A stretch of DNA of 64,000 bases from an uncultured SAR86 cluster bacterium (GTDB lineage Bacteria > Pseudomonadota > Gammaproteobacteria > Magnimaribacterales > AG-339-G14), in the NCBI GenBank assembly GCA_902526045.1, contig CABZJI010000001.1, forward strand, positions 189,248 through 253,247. The letters run 5' to 3'. Each line of letters starts with the position of its first letter. The first letter of the stretch is position 1. The position numbers and the translations under genes are program-made. Under the pieces are notes generated by a model that was given only the letters and a program-made list of their open reading frames with translations, searched no databases and was not told the DNA's origin. Below, one piece after another: positions 24,925-34,297 of the stretch.

Positions 24925-26277
24925 TTAACTATAAATGATAGAGGGTAACTTAGTCACAATGTCTGGGAAGATAGCCATTAAGATCAACAAACCAATTTGG
25001 ATGGCGATGAAAGGAACCACTCCTTTATAGATTGATTCTGTTGCAATGCTCTCAGGCGCAATGCCGCGCAAATAAAAGAGCGCAAACCCAAACGGCGGCG
25101 TTAAAAACGACGTTTGCAGATTAACTGCTAGCATGATGCCTAGCCACAGCGGATCCGCACCCATTGCCATCAATACCGGTCCGACAATCGGTACCACCAC
25201 AAAGCTGATTTCGATGAAGTCTAAAATAAAACCAAGCAGGAAGACCATCAGCATGACCAAAAGCATCGCGCCAAAAAGACCTCCCGGGATGGCATTGAAA
25301 ATTTCATTGATGATCTCTTCTCCACCCAAACCTCTAAACACAAGAGAAAAAATAGATGCTCCGATAAGAATGAGAAAAACCATGGTGGTAATAAAAGCGG
25401 TTTGACGAGTTGCCTCTTTGAGCACACCGCCAGAGAGCTTACCGCTGCTCCAAGCAATCAATATTGCCCCCAAAGCTCCAATGCCGGCTGCTTCCGTCGG
25501 TGAGGCAATGCCAGAAATGATGGATCCCAAAACAACGAAGATCAATACAAAAGGCGGCAACAAAGATCTAACGAGTTTGGAAACTTCAAAGTCTTCTTGA
25601 TCCTGTGTCTGCCCATTGGAACTGACTTTGACAAAAAGCACAAAGTAAATCGCATAAGCCACAACAAGAATTAGGCCAGGCACAATGGCTGCAATAAAGA
25701 GATCACCTACCGAAATTGTTTTCGCGGCAAAATTCCCCAGACTTAATTGTGATTGCTGATAGGCGCTCGACAGCACGTCTCCTAAAATAACCAAAGCAAT
25801 GGACGGCGGAATGATTTGTCCTAAGGTGCCGGTCGCACAAATTAAGCCAGTGGATATTTCCTGCGGGTAACCGCGCTTCAACATGGCAGGTAATGAGATC
25901 AACCCCATGGCGATAACCGTAGCGCCGACGATGCCAGTACTGGCAGCAAGAAGGGCTCCCACGATGACTACCGAAAGACCCAACCCGCTTTTCATTCGAC
26001 CGAAGAGCTTAGCCATCGAAGTCAATAGATCTTCGGCTACTTTAGATTTCTCCATGATGACTCCCATGAAGATAAAGAGCGGCACCGCAATCAAGGTTGC
26101 ATTGGTCATGACTCCGTACAAACGATTCGGAATGGTTTCCAGCAGGTATAAGTCAAAACCTCCAAACACAGAAACGATGGCAGCAAAAATTAAAGAAACG
26201 CCAGCCAAGGTAAAAGCCACCGGAAACCCAGCTAAAAGAATTAAGCAAACGAGGGCAAATAATAACAAGGGCAACAC
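24925..26277 (-). CDS. dctM: TRAP transporter large permease (DctM)
   Basis: A 450-aa polytopic protein of typical DctM length and pattern, immediately downstream of dctQ. Confidence 0.9.
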   Translation of the reverse strand: MLPLLLFALVCLILLAGFPVAFTLAGVSLIFAAIVSVFGGFDLYLLETIPNRLYGVMTNATLIAVPLFIFMGVIMEKSKVAEDLLTSMAKLFGRMKSGLGLSVVIVGALLAASTGIVGATVIAMGLISLPAMLKRGYPQEISTGLICATGTLGQIIPPSIALVILGDVLSSAYQQSQLSLGNFAAKTISVGDLFIAAIVPGLILVVAYAIYFVLFVKVSSNGQTQDQEDFEVSKLVRSLLPPFVLIFVVLGSIISGIASPTEAAGIGALGAILIAWSSGKLSGGVLKEATRQTAFITTMVFLILIGASIFSLVFRGLGGEEIINEIFNAIPGGLFGAMLLVMLMVFLLGFILDFIEISFVVVPIVGPVLMAMGADPLWLGIMLAVNLQTSFLTPPFGFALFYLRGIAPESIATESIYKGVVPFIAIQIGLLILMAIFPDIVTKLPSIIYS

Positions 26278-26781
26278 TTATCGATCCTCAAAATATTTCA
26301 ATATCATGGCAGCACTTTGCATAATCAAAAGTATTGCAAAAACCAACAACATGGATTTCAATACGTAAACGATGGGTAAACCTCCCGGTTCAGGCGAAAT
26401 TTCTCCGATTGACCAAGAAAAACTAACGTAATCGATCGAAATAAGGAGAGTCAGCCACGCCAGCGGTTGTACAAACAATAATTGACCTAAAAAGTTGATT
26501 AATTCCTTGCGCGGCTTATTCCAATTGCGATAAAAGATATCCACCCGCACGTGTTCGTCTTCACCCAATGCATAGGCTGCACATAACAAAAAGAGAGATC
26601 CGTGCAGATAGATGGTCATTTCTTGTAAAGAAACGATTCCAATATTTAAAACGTAACGACAAAAAACCACGATTCCGGTCAAAATAATCATCGCAACCAC
26701 AAACCAGGCAGCAAATTTACCTATAGCTGTAGGTAAAAAGGTTAGTACCGATTGAGATAAATGGATAATTTTTTTGCTCAT
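26278..26781 (-). CDS. dctQ: TRAP transporter small permease (DctQ)
   Basis: 167 aa with 4 TM helices, abutting dctM with 0-nt spacing. Confidence 0.85.
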   Translation of the reverse strand: MSKKIIHLSQSVLTFLPTAIGKFAAWFVVAMIILTGIVVFCRYVLNIGIVSLQEMTIYLHGSLFLLCAAYALGEDEHVRVDIFYRNWNKPRKELINFLGQLLFVQPLAWLTLLISIDYVSFSWSIGEISPEPGGLPIVYVLKSMLLVFAILLIMQSAAMILKYFEDR

Positions 26782-26808
26782 TTAGGTAATTTTGATTAAA
26801 ATTTTTTG

Positions 26809-27585
26809 ATGATTATTGTTCTTTCTCCAGCTAAAACATTGGATTACGAAACCCCAATGAACGGTGTTGATTATACCGTTGCCAATCATTTAAGTAAGTC
26901 TGCAGAACTTATCAAGACTCTAAAGTCTTATGAAACTGAAGATATATCCAAATTAATGGGTTTAAGTAGCAACTTAGCGTTCTTGAATTTTGAGCGTTAT
27001 CAGAGTTGGAAAAGACCTAGTAAACCAGGTGCGGATGCTCGTCAAGCAGTGTTTGCTTTTCAAGGGGATGTTTATCAAGGCTTAGAAGCCGCAACTTTGA
27101 AAAAGGGGGATCTAAAATTTGCCCAAAAACATTTAAGAATACTTTCCGGTCTTTACGGCGTATTGAAACCTCTGGATTTAATGGCGCCGTATCGTTTGGA
27201 AATGGGCACCAAACTATCTACCAAAAAGCACGATGATTTATACGGTTTTTGGAAAGATACTCTTACTGCAGATATCAACGCCCAATTGGCGGAGCAAAAA
27301 GATTCGACGTTGATTAACCTAGCTTCGAACGAATACTTTAATGCCTTGAATAAAAAGGACATTGCAGGGGATATCGTCAGTCCTGTTTTTAAAGATTTCA
27401 AAAACGGTGATTATAAGATCATCAGCTTCTTTGCCAAAAAAGCTCGCGGTATGATGGCTAGGTATATCATTGATAACAAGGTCACCAACCCTGATGGATT
27501 AGCTACCTTTAATTACGGTGGTTATAAGTACAACGCGAAGCTTTCCCAAGACAATGCGCCTACTTTTACAAGAAAAACTTCTTAA
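26809..27585 (+). CDS. yaaA: peroxide stress protein YaaA (UPF0246)
   Basis: MIIVLSPAKTLDYE...LRILSGLYGVLKPLDLMAPYRLEM. The track starts at TTG 26806; the adjacent ATG at 26809 is preferred. Confidence 0.9.
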   Translation: MIIVLSPAKTLDYETPMNGVDYTVANHLSKSAELIKTLKSYETEDISKLMGLSSNLAFLNFERYQSWKRPSKPGADARQAVFAFQGDVYQGLEAATLKKGDLKFAQKHLRILSGLYGVLKPLDLMAPYRLEMGTKLSTKKHDDLYGFWKDTLTADINAQLAEQKDSTLINLASNEYFNALNKKDIAGDIVSPVFKDFKNGDYKIISFFAKKARGMMARYIIDNKVTNPDGLATFNYGGYKYNAKLSQDNAPTFTRKTS

Positions 27586-28439
27586 CTTCCGGTTTCGTCG
27601 TATTTTTTGACGGCAACCATCTTCTCAAAAGAGGTTTCTCTTTTTTCCATTTTCGCTTGCATGGCTTCGCCCATATCTTTAGAACTCAACATAGCTCCAC
27701 TCCAAAGGGCATTGTATTCAAGGCCATCTTTCACCGTATGGTCACGAGAATAGTTCAAAACTTCTTTCAAACCGTAAATAGCAACAGGAGATTTACTGGC
27801 GATCTCTTTGGCCATGGCATTTGCAGCTTCGAGCATAGCTTTGTGCGAATCGTAAACTTCGTTCACCAAACCGCATTCTTTCGCTTCTTCAGCCATCATC
27901 CTTCTGCCGGTGTAGGCAAGATCACGAACTTTTCCTTCTGGTATCAAGCGAGGCAGTCTTTGCAGAGTTCCAACGTCAGCAGCCATACCAATGTTAATTT
28001 CTTGAATACAGAAAAAAGCATCTTTAGTGCACAGTCTAATATCACAAGCAGTAATCATATCTAATGCTCCGCCAATACAGCCGCCTTGTATAGCAGCAAT
28101 AACTGGCGCTCTGATGGTTTCAATGTTTGTGATGTACCCTTGCAGCTCTTTAGCAACTCGATACATGACTTCACCAACCCTTGCATGATCAGGTTTTTTT
28201 TCAGGCGATATGTTATCAACTCCGTTGTTGAAGTTAGCTAAGTCCATGCCTGCGCAAAAGTGCTTGCCAGTTGAAGACATGACTACAGCTCTTAGGTCAG
28301 GATCACGATTTATTTCATTTAATATTTCTGGCAACTCAATCCAGAATTTTTTTGTCATAGTGTTAAACGATTCTCCCCTACAGAGCGTCATGTTTGCTAC
28401 GTGACCCTCTTTTTCTAAAGTAAAACTTTCATAACTCAT
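27582..28439 (-). CDS. enoyl-CoA hydratase/isomerase (crotonase) family, dienoyl-CoA-isomerase-like
   Basis: 285 aa with a crotonase fold pattern (HFCAGMDL...AAIQGGCIGGALDMITACDIR). Confidence 0.88.
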   Translation of the reverse strand: MSYESFTLEKEGHVANMTLCRGESFNTMTKKFWIELPEILNEINRDPDLRAVVMSSTGKHFCAGMDLANFNNGVDNISPEKKPDHARVGEVMYRVAKELQGYITNIETIRAPVIAAIQGGCIGGALDMITACDIRLCTKDAFFCIQEINIGMAADVGTLQRLPRLIPEGKVRDLAYTGRRMMAEEAKECGLVNEVYDSHKAMLEAANAMAKEIASKSPVAIYGLKEVLNYSRDHTVKDGLEYNALWSGAMLSSKDMGEAMQAKMEKRETSFEKMVAVKKYDETGS

Positions 28440-28612
28440 TACGAACCTCCGTTTTCAAGTTTTGCAATAGCTTCTGCTGTAATACCTTCCAGTTCTTCAA
28501 TCAATTCGAACTCTTTGTGATGCGGCAGAACTACTTTTCTGTTTTTTCCTATTCTTTTTAGTCCTGATGCGATATCTTTTAAATCTGTCAGAACGTCGTT
28601 TGTATTTTCCAT
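28439..28612 (-). CDS. candidate unannotated 57-aa ORF, translationally coupled to the enoyl-CoA hydratase
   Basis: It falls below the track's 60-aa cut-off. The translation is MENTNDVLTDLKDIASGLKRIGKNRKVVLPHHKEFELIEELEGITAEAIAKLENGGS. Its TAA overlaps the downstream ATG by 1 nt (TAATG). It has no clear SD. Confidence 0.35.
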   Translation of the reverse strand: MENTNDVLTDLKDIASGLKRIGKNRKVVLPHHKEFELIEELEGITAEAIAKLENGGS

Positions 28613-28668
28613 AATGTGAAATTCAATAGACCATTGTAAAGTAATAATTTATTGGAAAACAATTTTTA

Positions 28669-29481
28669 ATGGATAAAGACACCATCAACAGCCTAGTATC
28701 AGAAGTACAGCACATTGCTGAGAACGCTGGAAATCTCATCATGACCTTCTTTGATGAATTAGCTGAAGAAGAGGTTGAGTACAAAGCTGACCAATCTCCT
28801 GTGACGTTAGCCGATAAAGCAGCCAATAAACAAATAGTTGATGAGTTGATTAATTTAGACGATACGATACCAATTATCTCAGAAGAAGGATTAGCTCAAA
28901 ATCTAGATAACACTGATACTTTTTGGTTAGTCGATCCGTTAGATGGAACCAAAGAATTTATTAACGGATCACAAGAATTTACCATCAACATTGCTCTAAT
29001 AGATAAAGGTGAGCCTGTCCTAGGTGTCATTCATCAACCGCCAACCTCCATTACGACTTTTGGCAGCATAGAAACTGGTGCCTTTATTGCTGGCGATGAT
29101 GAAAAGTTATCCACTAACTCACCTGATAGTTCATGCATGCTTGCAGTTAGCAAACGTCACAGTTCAGGAGAAGAAACTAAGTTTGCGCTATTTCTTCAGG
29201 ATAAATTTGATGAAATGAGAACCATTGGTCTTGGATCTTCATTAAAACTTAATGCAATTGCTCAAGGTTCAGCGCATATTTATTCCCGGTTTGGTAGAAC
29301 TTTTCAGTGGGATATTGCCGCTGGACACGCTATTTTAAGGTCAGCAGGAGGAGAAGTAGTGGATTTACAAGGAAAGCCAATTTCTTATAAAAGCGACTCA
29401 AATCTAGCAATAAATGGATTTTTTGCCGTTTCAGATATGGCCTATTGGAATGGAATAATCAATGAATTCAATAACTTATAA
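28669..29481 (+). CDS. cysQ: 3'(2'),5'-bisphosphate nucleotidase (inositol monophosphatase family)
   Basis: 270 aa with IISEE and WLVDPLDGTKEF metal-binding motifs and WDIAAGHAIL. Confidence 0.82.
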   Translation: MDKDTINSLVSEVQHIAENAGNLIMTFFDELAEEEVEYKADQSPVTLADKAANKQIVDELINLDDTIPIISEEGLAQNLDNTDTFWLVDPLDGTKEFINGSQEFTINIALIDKGEPVLGVIHQPPTSITTFGSIETGAFIAGDDEKLSTNSPDSSCMLAVSKRHSSGEETKFALFLQDKFDEMRTIGLGSSLKLNAIAQGSAHIYSRFGRTFQWDIAAGHAILRSAGGEVVDLQGKPISYKSDSNLAINGFFAVSDMAYWNGIINEFNNL

Positions 29482-29551
29482 ATCTTATATCTTTATTCTT
29501 ATTTCTAATATTTTGTCTTTTTCGCAAAAGTGGGGTTAAAATTCCGCCTGT

Positions 29552-30406
29552 ATGAGCAAAGAACTGCAACCAATGGATATTTCAGCACCAGGTCAAAACC
29601 TGGACGCTTACCTTAATTCCATTCAAAACATAGCCATTCTCTCACCGGCAGAGGAGCGTAAATTAGCAGAAGACCTTTATTATAGAGAAGATCTTGAGGC
29701 TGCAAGACAGCTCGTTATGGCACATTTAAGATTTGTAGTTCATATCGCTCGAGGATATTCAGGGTATGGATTACCCCAAGCAGACCTTATTCAAGAAGGT
29801 AACGTTGGTTTGATGAAAGCCGTTAGAAAGTTCAATCCAGAGGTAGGCGTTAGATTGATTTCTTTTGCTGTGCATTGGATTAAATCAGAAATACACGAAT
29901 ACGTTTTAAAAAATTGGAAAATAGTCAAAGTGGCTACTACAAAGGCTCAGCGAAAATTATTTTTCAATTTAAGAAACAAAAAAAAGAATATTACTTGGTT
30001 AAATGAAGACGATGTCAAAATGATATCCACCGAACTAGGCGTCAAGGAAGATACGGTGCGGGAAATGGAGCAGAGAATGTCATCTCATGACGTTTCTTTT
30101 GATCCTTACTCTGCTGACGATGGGGAAGAAGGAAATTCATACAGCCCAGCTGACTATTTAACAAATGAAGACTCGGACCCTATGGAGATCGTTGAGAAAG
30201 AGGATTATGCAAGAGATCAAATCAATCAACTTCAAAATGCGATATCTGATTTAGATGAGAGAAGCCAATTAATCCTCAAAGAGCGTTGGTTAACCGATGA
30301 TAAGCCTACTTTGCACGAATTGGCTGATAAGTATGGAATTAGCGCTGAACGAATTCGTCAAATTGAAAAGAAAGCCATGGAAAAGATCAGAACTCATATA
30401 AACTGA
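29552..30406 (+). CDS. rpoH: RNA polymerase sigma-32 (heat-shock sigma factor)
   Basis: 284 aa. It has the RpoH box QRKLFFNLR, region 2 DLIQEGNVGLMKAVRKF and region 4 ERIRQIEKKAMEK. Confidence 0.95.
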   Translation: MSKELQPMDISAPGQNLDAYLNSIQNIAILSPAEERKLAEDLYYREDLEAARQLVMAHLRFVVHIARGYSGYGLPQADLIQEGNVGLMKAVRKFNPEVGVRLISFAVHWIKSEIHEYVLKNWKIVKVATTKAQRKLFFNLRNKKKNITWLNEDDVKMISTELGVKEDTVREMEQRMSSHDVSFDPYSADDGEEGNSYSPADYLTNEDSDPMEIVEKEDYARDQINQLQNAISDLDERSQLILKERWLTDDKPTLHELADKYGISAERIRQIEKKAMEKIRTHIN

Positions 30407-30414
30407 TCTTATTC

Positions 30415-30624
30415 ATGAAGAACATTCAAGTTAGCATTAACGCTGAATCAAAAGAAATCCCTCTCAATCTCAATATTCCTCAGCTTCTTGATTTTTTAAA
30501 GCTTAAAGATGAATTACTTGTGGTTGAATTAAATGAACAAGTGGTTATGCGTGCTGATTGGGCAACCACTACGGTTGGAGAAGGCGACAAACTAGAAATA
30601 GTTAAGGCTATCGGAGGAGGTTAA
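30415..30624 (+). CDS. thiS: sulfur-carrier protein ThiS
   Basis: 69 aa ending in GG, immediately upstream of thiG. Confidence 0.85.
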   Translation: MKNIQVSINAESKEIPLNLNIPQLLDFLKLKDELLVVELNEQVVMRADWATTTVGEGDKLEIVKAIGGG

Positions 30625-31406
30625 TGTCTGATTCATTGAGAATTGGAGTTCGCGAATTTCAGTCACGCCTTATGGTTGGGACAGGAAAATATGTCAATGA
30701 TCAACTAGCAATTGATGCTATTCGGGAATCCGGAGCTGACATCGTCACTATGGCTATACGAAGAGTAAACCTAGGCCAAAATAAAGACGAAGGTAATATT
30801 CTAGAGCTAATCTCACCTGATGAATTTACCATCCTGCCAAACACTGCGGGATGTTACACAGCAGATGAATCCGTGCGAACTTGTAAATTAGCCCGTGAAT
30901 TACTAGGCGGCCATAGCTTGGTCAAATTAGAGGTGATTGGTGATAAAAATACTTTACTGCCTGATATGCCTGAAACATTAAAAGCCGCAAAGGATCTCGT
31001 AAAAGAAGGTTTCGAAGTCATGGTCTATTGTACAGACGACTATGAATATGCAGTTGCTTTAGAAGATGCGGGCTGTGTGGCTGTGATGCCTCTAGCTGCT
31101 CCTATAGGATCTGGAAGAGGAATTGAGAATCCTCAAACAATTGAAGCAATTGTTAAAAAAATTCAAGTTCCGGTAATTGTCGATGCTGGCATTGGAACTG
31201 CTTCAGATGCAACTTTGGCAATGGAGTTGGGCTGCGATGGAGTTTTATTGAATACTGCAATTGCAGGAGCACAAAATCCTGTAATAATGGCCGCTGCAAT
31301 GCGTCAAGCAGTCAAAGCAGGTAGATCTGCCTACCTTGCTGGTCGTATGCCTAAATCTGATCAAGCCTCGGCTAGCTCACCGATAGAAGGAGTCATTCAC
31401 TCTTGA
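30624..31406 (+). CDS. thiG: thiazole synthase
   Basis: 260 aa with the ThiG pattern (LMVGTGKY...VTMAIRR...LPNTAGC...VKLEVIGD...[11 protein letters not shown]). Confidence 0.95.
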   Translation: MSDSLRIGVREFQSRLMVGTGKYVNDQLAIDAIRESGADIVTMAIRRVNLGQNKDEGNILELISPDEFTILPNTAGCYTADESVRTCKLARELLGGHSLVKLEVIGDKNTLLPDMPETLKAAKDLVKEGFEVMVYCTDDYEYAVALEDAGCVAVMPLAAPIGSGRGIENPQTIEAIVKKIQVPVIVDAGIGTASDATLAMELGCDGVLLNTAIAGAQNPVIMAAAMRQAVKAGRSAYLAGRMPKSDQASASSPIEGVIHS

Positions 31407-32050
31407 GAACCATCAGAAGCTTTGCCAAAACTAGGACGAGACTGTCTGCGAACCACAAAAAAATTATAAATCAAGAAAATGATTTCCTTTTTTCGGAAAA
31501 AACTAAGTCGGCTTTTGAAAAAATATTACAAGTTTCTGAAAATAAGGCTCTTGAAATAGGTTTTGGTGAAGGAGATTCTCTTTTCGAGATGGCTGTTAAT
31601 AATCCAGATACCCATTTTTTTGGTATCGAGGTTTATGAAACTGGGGTTGCAAGGACTTGTTTAAAAATCGAAGAGTCTGGCATTAAAAATCTAAAAATAT
31701 ACTTAGGCGATGCTGTTGACTTAATGCTGGATAAAGATATCGAAACTAAATTTGATTTGTTGCTGTTTCTTTTTCCAGATCCTTGGCACAAGAGAAAACA
31801 TAACAAGAGACGTCTTTTAAGTTCAAGTAATCTTAAAAAATTTCGAGGTTATCTTTCGAAAAAAGGATTCATTTTTTTTCGTACTGACTGCCAAGAATAC
31901 GCAGACTCAGTTAAAAAAATTTGCAACGATCAGAAAGTAGAATTTCAAGAATTAGAAAAGTCACCTCTAGTTAATAGGCTAACCCATACTAAATATCAAA
32001 GAAAGGGAATTAGAGCAGGGAGATCTATTTCAACTTTTCTCTTTAAGTAA
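31403..32050 (+). CDS. trmB: tRNA (guanine46-N7)-methyltransferase
   Basis: 215 aa with LEIGFGEG and [14 protein letters not shown]. The start is TTG, overlapping thiG by 4 nt. Confidence 0.9.
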   Translation: MRTIRSFAKTRTRLSANHKKIINQENDFLFSEKTKSAFEKILQVSENKALEIGFGEGDSLFEMAVNNPDTHFFGIEVYETGVARTCLKIEESGIKNLKIYLGDAVDLMLDKDIETKFDLLLFLFPDPWHKRKHNKRRLLSSSNLKKFRGYLSKKGFIFFRTDCQEYADSVKKICNDQKVEFQELEKSPLVNRLTHTKYQRKGIRAGRSISTFLFK

Positions 32051-32620
32051 TTTTTCTAAAAGAATCTTCGTTGCTTTAGCCCTATGGCTATTTTTGTTTT
32101 TGTATTCTTTGCCTAATTCGGCAAGGGTTTTATTTTCATCAGAGATGAAAAAAATAGGATCATAGCCAAAACCATCATTACCATAAGATTTTTTAGCTAT
32201 CTCACCTTCAAGCCTGCCCTCTGCCGATAAGATATTTTCTTTTGAATTGGGATCGAAGAATATCAGGCAAGCAACAAAAGCAGCATTTCTTTGAGTTTGG
32301 TTTTTCAAAGAATTCAATAATTTTAAATTATTGTCAGCATCGCTTGCGTTTTCGCCGGCATATCGAGCAGATTTTATGCCCGGCGCACCATTAAGATAAT
32401 CTACACAAAGACCTGAGTCGTCAGCTATTGCTGGATACCCAGAAATTGTTGCCGCATGCTTTGCTTTGATCAGCGCGTTCTCAAAGAAAGTAGAGCCGTC
32501 TTCGATTGGACTATCAATTCCTAAATCTTGCAGAGAATAAAACTCCCAATCCAAGGGTGCTAATAAGGTTTCAAATTCTTTAAGTTTTCCTAGATTAGAG
32601 GTAGCTATAACAACTTTCAA
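32030..32620 (-). CDS. rdgB: dITP/XTP pyrophosphatase (Ham1/RdgB)
   Basis: 196 aa with VVIATSNLGKLKEF...ADDSGLCVD...GFGYDPIF. Confidence 0.9.
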   Translation of the reverse strand: MKVVIATSNLGKLKEFETLLAPLDWEFYSLQDLGIDSPIEDGSTFFENALIKAKHAATISGYPAIADDSGLCVDYLNGAPGIKSARYAGENASDADNNLKLLNSLKNQTQRNAAFVACLIFFDPNSKENILSAEGRLEGEIAKKSYGNDGFGYDPIFFISDENKTLAELGKEYKNKNSHRAKATKILLEKLLKEKS

Positions 32621-33204
32621 TTCATTGCCTTAACTCTATACAAAGCAATTTCGGTTAAGAGATTTGGAGCAGCTTTCATAAATGATTTCTCTTGCCCATC
32701 GAAACTCAAAAGTCGTCTCTCAAGAATTTTAGCTCCATGATCAACACATAACCTTTCAAAATCTTTTAGAGAACACAAGTGTATGTTTGGTGTTGAATAC
32801 CAATCGTGAGGAAGAGCAGAAGATACTGGCATCGTGCCTCCAAAAATAAGCTGCATGCGACATCGCCAATTTGCAAAGTTGGGAATACTGATAATTGCCT
32901 CTTTACCTATTCTCGTAATTTCTTCCAGAGCAACCTCAGGCTTTCTTAATGCTTGGATCGATTGGCTCATAATAACCGTATCAAAACTTTGATCTTGAAA
33001 GTTACTTAAGCCTGAATCAATGTCTTGATCAATAACACTTACATCTTTTTGTAAACAATTTTGTATTTTCTGATGATCTATTTCTAAGCCTAAGCCTTTT
33101 ACTTGATTATTTTTTTTTAAAAAAGCTAACAAGGAACCGTCACCACATCCTAAATCAAGGACTCTAGTATTAGTCTGGATAAAATTACCGATTAACTTAT
33201 TCAT
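32617..33204 (-). CDS. metW: methionine biosynthesis protein MetW
   Basis: 195 aa with VLDLGCGDGSLL...IPNFANWRCR, directly downstream of metX. Confidence 0.9.
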   Translation of the reverse strand: MNKLIGNFIQTNTRVLDLGCGDGSLLAFLKKNNQVKGLGLEIDHQKIQNCLQKDVSVIDQDIDSGLSNFQDQSFDTVIMSQSIQALRKPEVALEEITRIGKEAIISIPNFANWRCRMQLIFGGTMPVSSALPHDWYSTPNIHLCSLKDFERLCVDHGAKILERRLLSFDGQEKSFMKAAPNLLTEIALYRVKAMN

Positions 33205-34297
33205 TTTTCTCCAAAAAGGTCTGTACTGCGCTATCGTATGTTTCGCTAGGCATTAAGAAAGCATCGTGACCATGCGGGGAATCAATCTCTAGAAAGGAAA
33301 TGTCTTTCTTTGCCTCAATAAAAGCGTTGGCTAACTCTCGCGATCTTTCGGGTGAGAAGCGCCAGTCTGATGAGAATGCTATGAGAAGAGCTTTCGCTGT
33401 CACTGTTTTGAGAGTTTTGGCTAAATCGCCCTCATAAGCCTCAGCAGGATCAAAATAATCTAAAACCTTAGTCATGAGTAAGTAAGTGTGAGCATCAAAT
33501 CTATTTGAAAAACTCTCGCCTTGATATCTCAGATAGCTCTCTACTTCAAACTCAACATCGTAGGAGAAATTGACCTCATCTTTTTTCATATCTCGCCCAA
33601 ATTTTTCACGCATGGCATCATCTGAAAGATAAGTAATATGACCAAGCATTCTTGCAAGCCCCAAACCAGTTTTTGGAAGTTTATCCTCAGAATTATAGTT
33701 AGGATCAGCTAAGATGGCTTGTCTGGCAATTTCATTAAAGGCAATATTCTGAGCGCTCAATTTGGCTGCGGCGGCTATAACAACAATTTTTTTGACAAGG
33801 TCGGGGTAGTCTATTGACCACTGCAAGGCTTGCATACCACCTAGACTGCCACCAACGACTGCAAACCAAAACGGCAGTCCGAGATGAATACGCAACAAAT
33901 CTTGGCTTTTGACCCAGTCGCCAACTGTTACCATAGGGAAAGAGGAGCCGTAAGCTAAATTGTTTTCTGGATTAATGGAATTTGGACCCGTGCTTCCGTG
34001 GCAGCCGCCTAAATTGTTACAGCCAACGATGAAATATTTATTTGTATCAAAAGCCTTATTAGGACCAACCATATCATCCCACCAGCCTTTTTTATCCTCT
34101 TCATTCAGCCCTGCCACATGATGATTGCCGCTGAGGGCATGACAAATCAGAATGGCGTTATCTCTAGCTTCATTTAAATCCCCGTAGGTCTGATAAACCA
34201 TTTCAAATCCTTGAAGGGATTTGCCAGATTTCAAGGTAAAAGCATCTTTATGAATAAAGCTTTTCGTTTCTACTCTACCTAGTGAATCGTTTGACAT
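33197..34297 (-). CDS. metX: homoserine O-acyltransferase (MetX; acetyl- or succinyl-transferring)
   Basis: 366 aa with CHALSGNHH...GGSLGGMQALQW...SDWRFSP...HGHDAFL. Confidence 0.93.
   Translation of the reverse strand: MSNDSLGRVETKSFIHKDAFTLKSGKSLQGFEMVYQTYGDLNEARDNAILICHALSGNHHVAGLNEEDKKGWWDDMVGPNKAFDTNKYFIVGCNNLGGCHGSTGPNSINPENNLAYGSSFPMVTVGDWVKSQDLLRIHLGLPFWFAVVGGSLGGMQALQWSIDYPDLVKKIVVIAAAAKLSAQNIAFNEIARQAILADPNYNSEDKLPKTGLGLARMLGHITYLSDDAMREKFGRDMKKDEVNFSYDVEFEVESYLRYQGESFSNRFDAHTYLLMTKVLDYFDPAEAYEGDLAKTLKTVTAKALLIAFSSDWRFSPERSRELANAFIEAKKDISFLEIDSPHGHDAFLMPSETYDSAVQTFLEKNE

Noticed and set aside
24261-28064. Long antisense ORFs: 24261-24716 plus (151 aa), 25883-26368 plus (161 aa) and 27657-28064 plus (135 aa).
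   Set aside because: Each is antisense to a gene with strong family motifs (M19 dipeptidase, DctM, crotonase). Their own translations have no motifs and odd composition. They are shadow ORFs favoured by the higher GC of this block.
30407-30414. A TPP riboswitch upstream of thiS-thiG.
   Set aside because: Only 8 nt separate the rpoH stop from the thiS start, so there is no room for a ~100-nt THI element. No THI-box-like CUGAGA core was seen in the rpoH 3' end.
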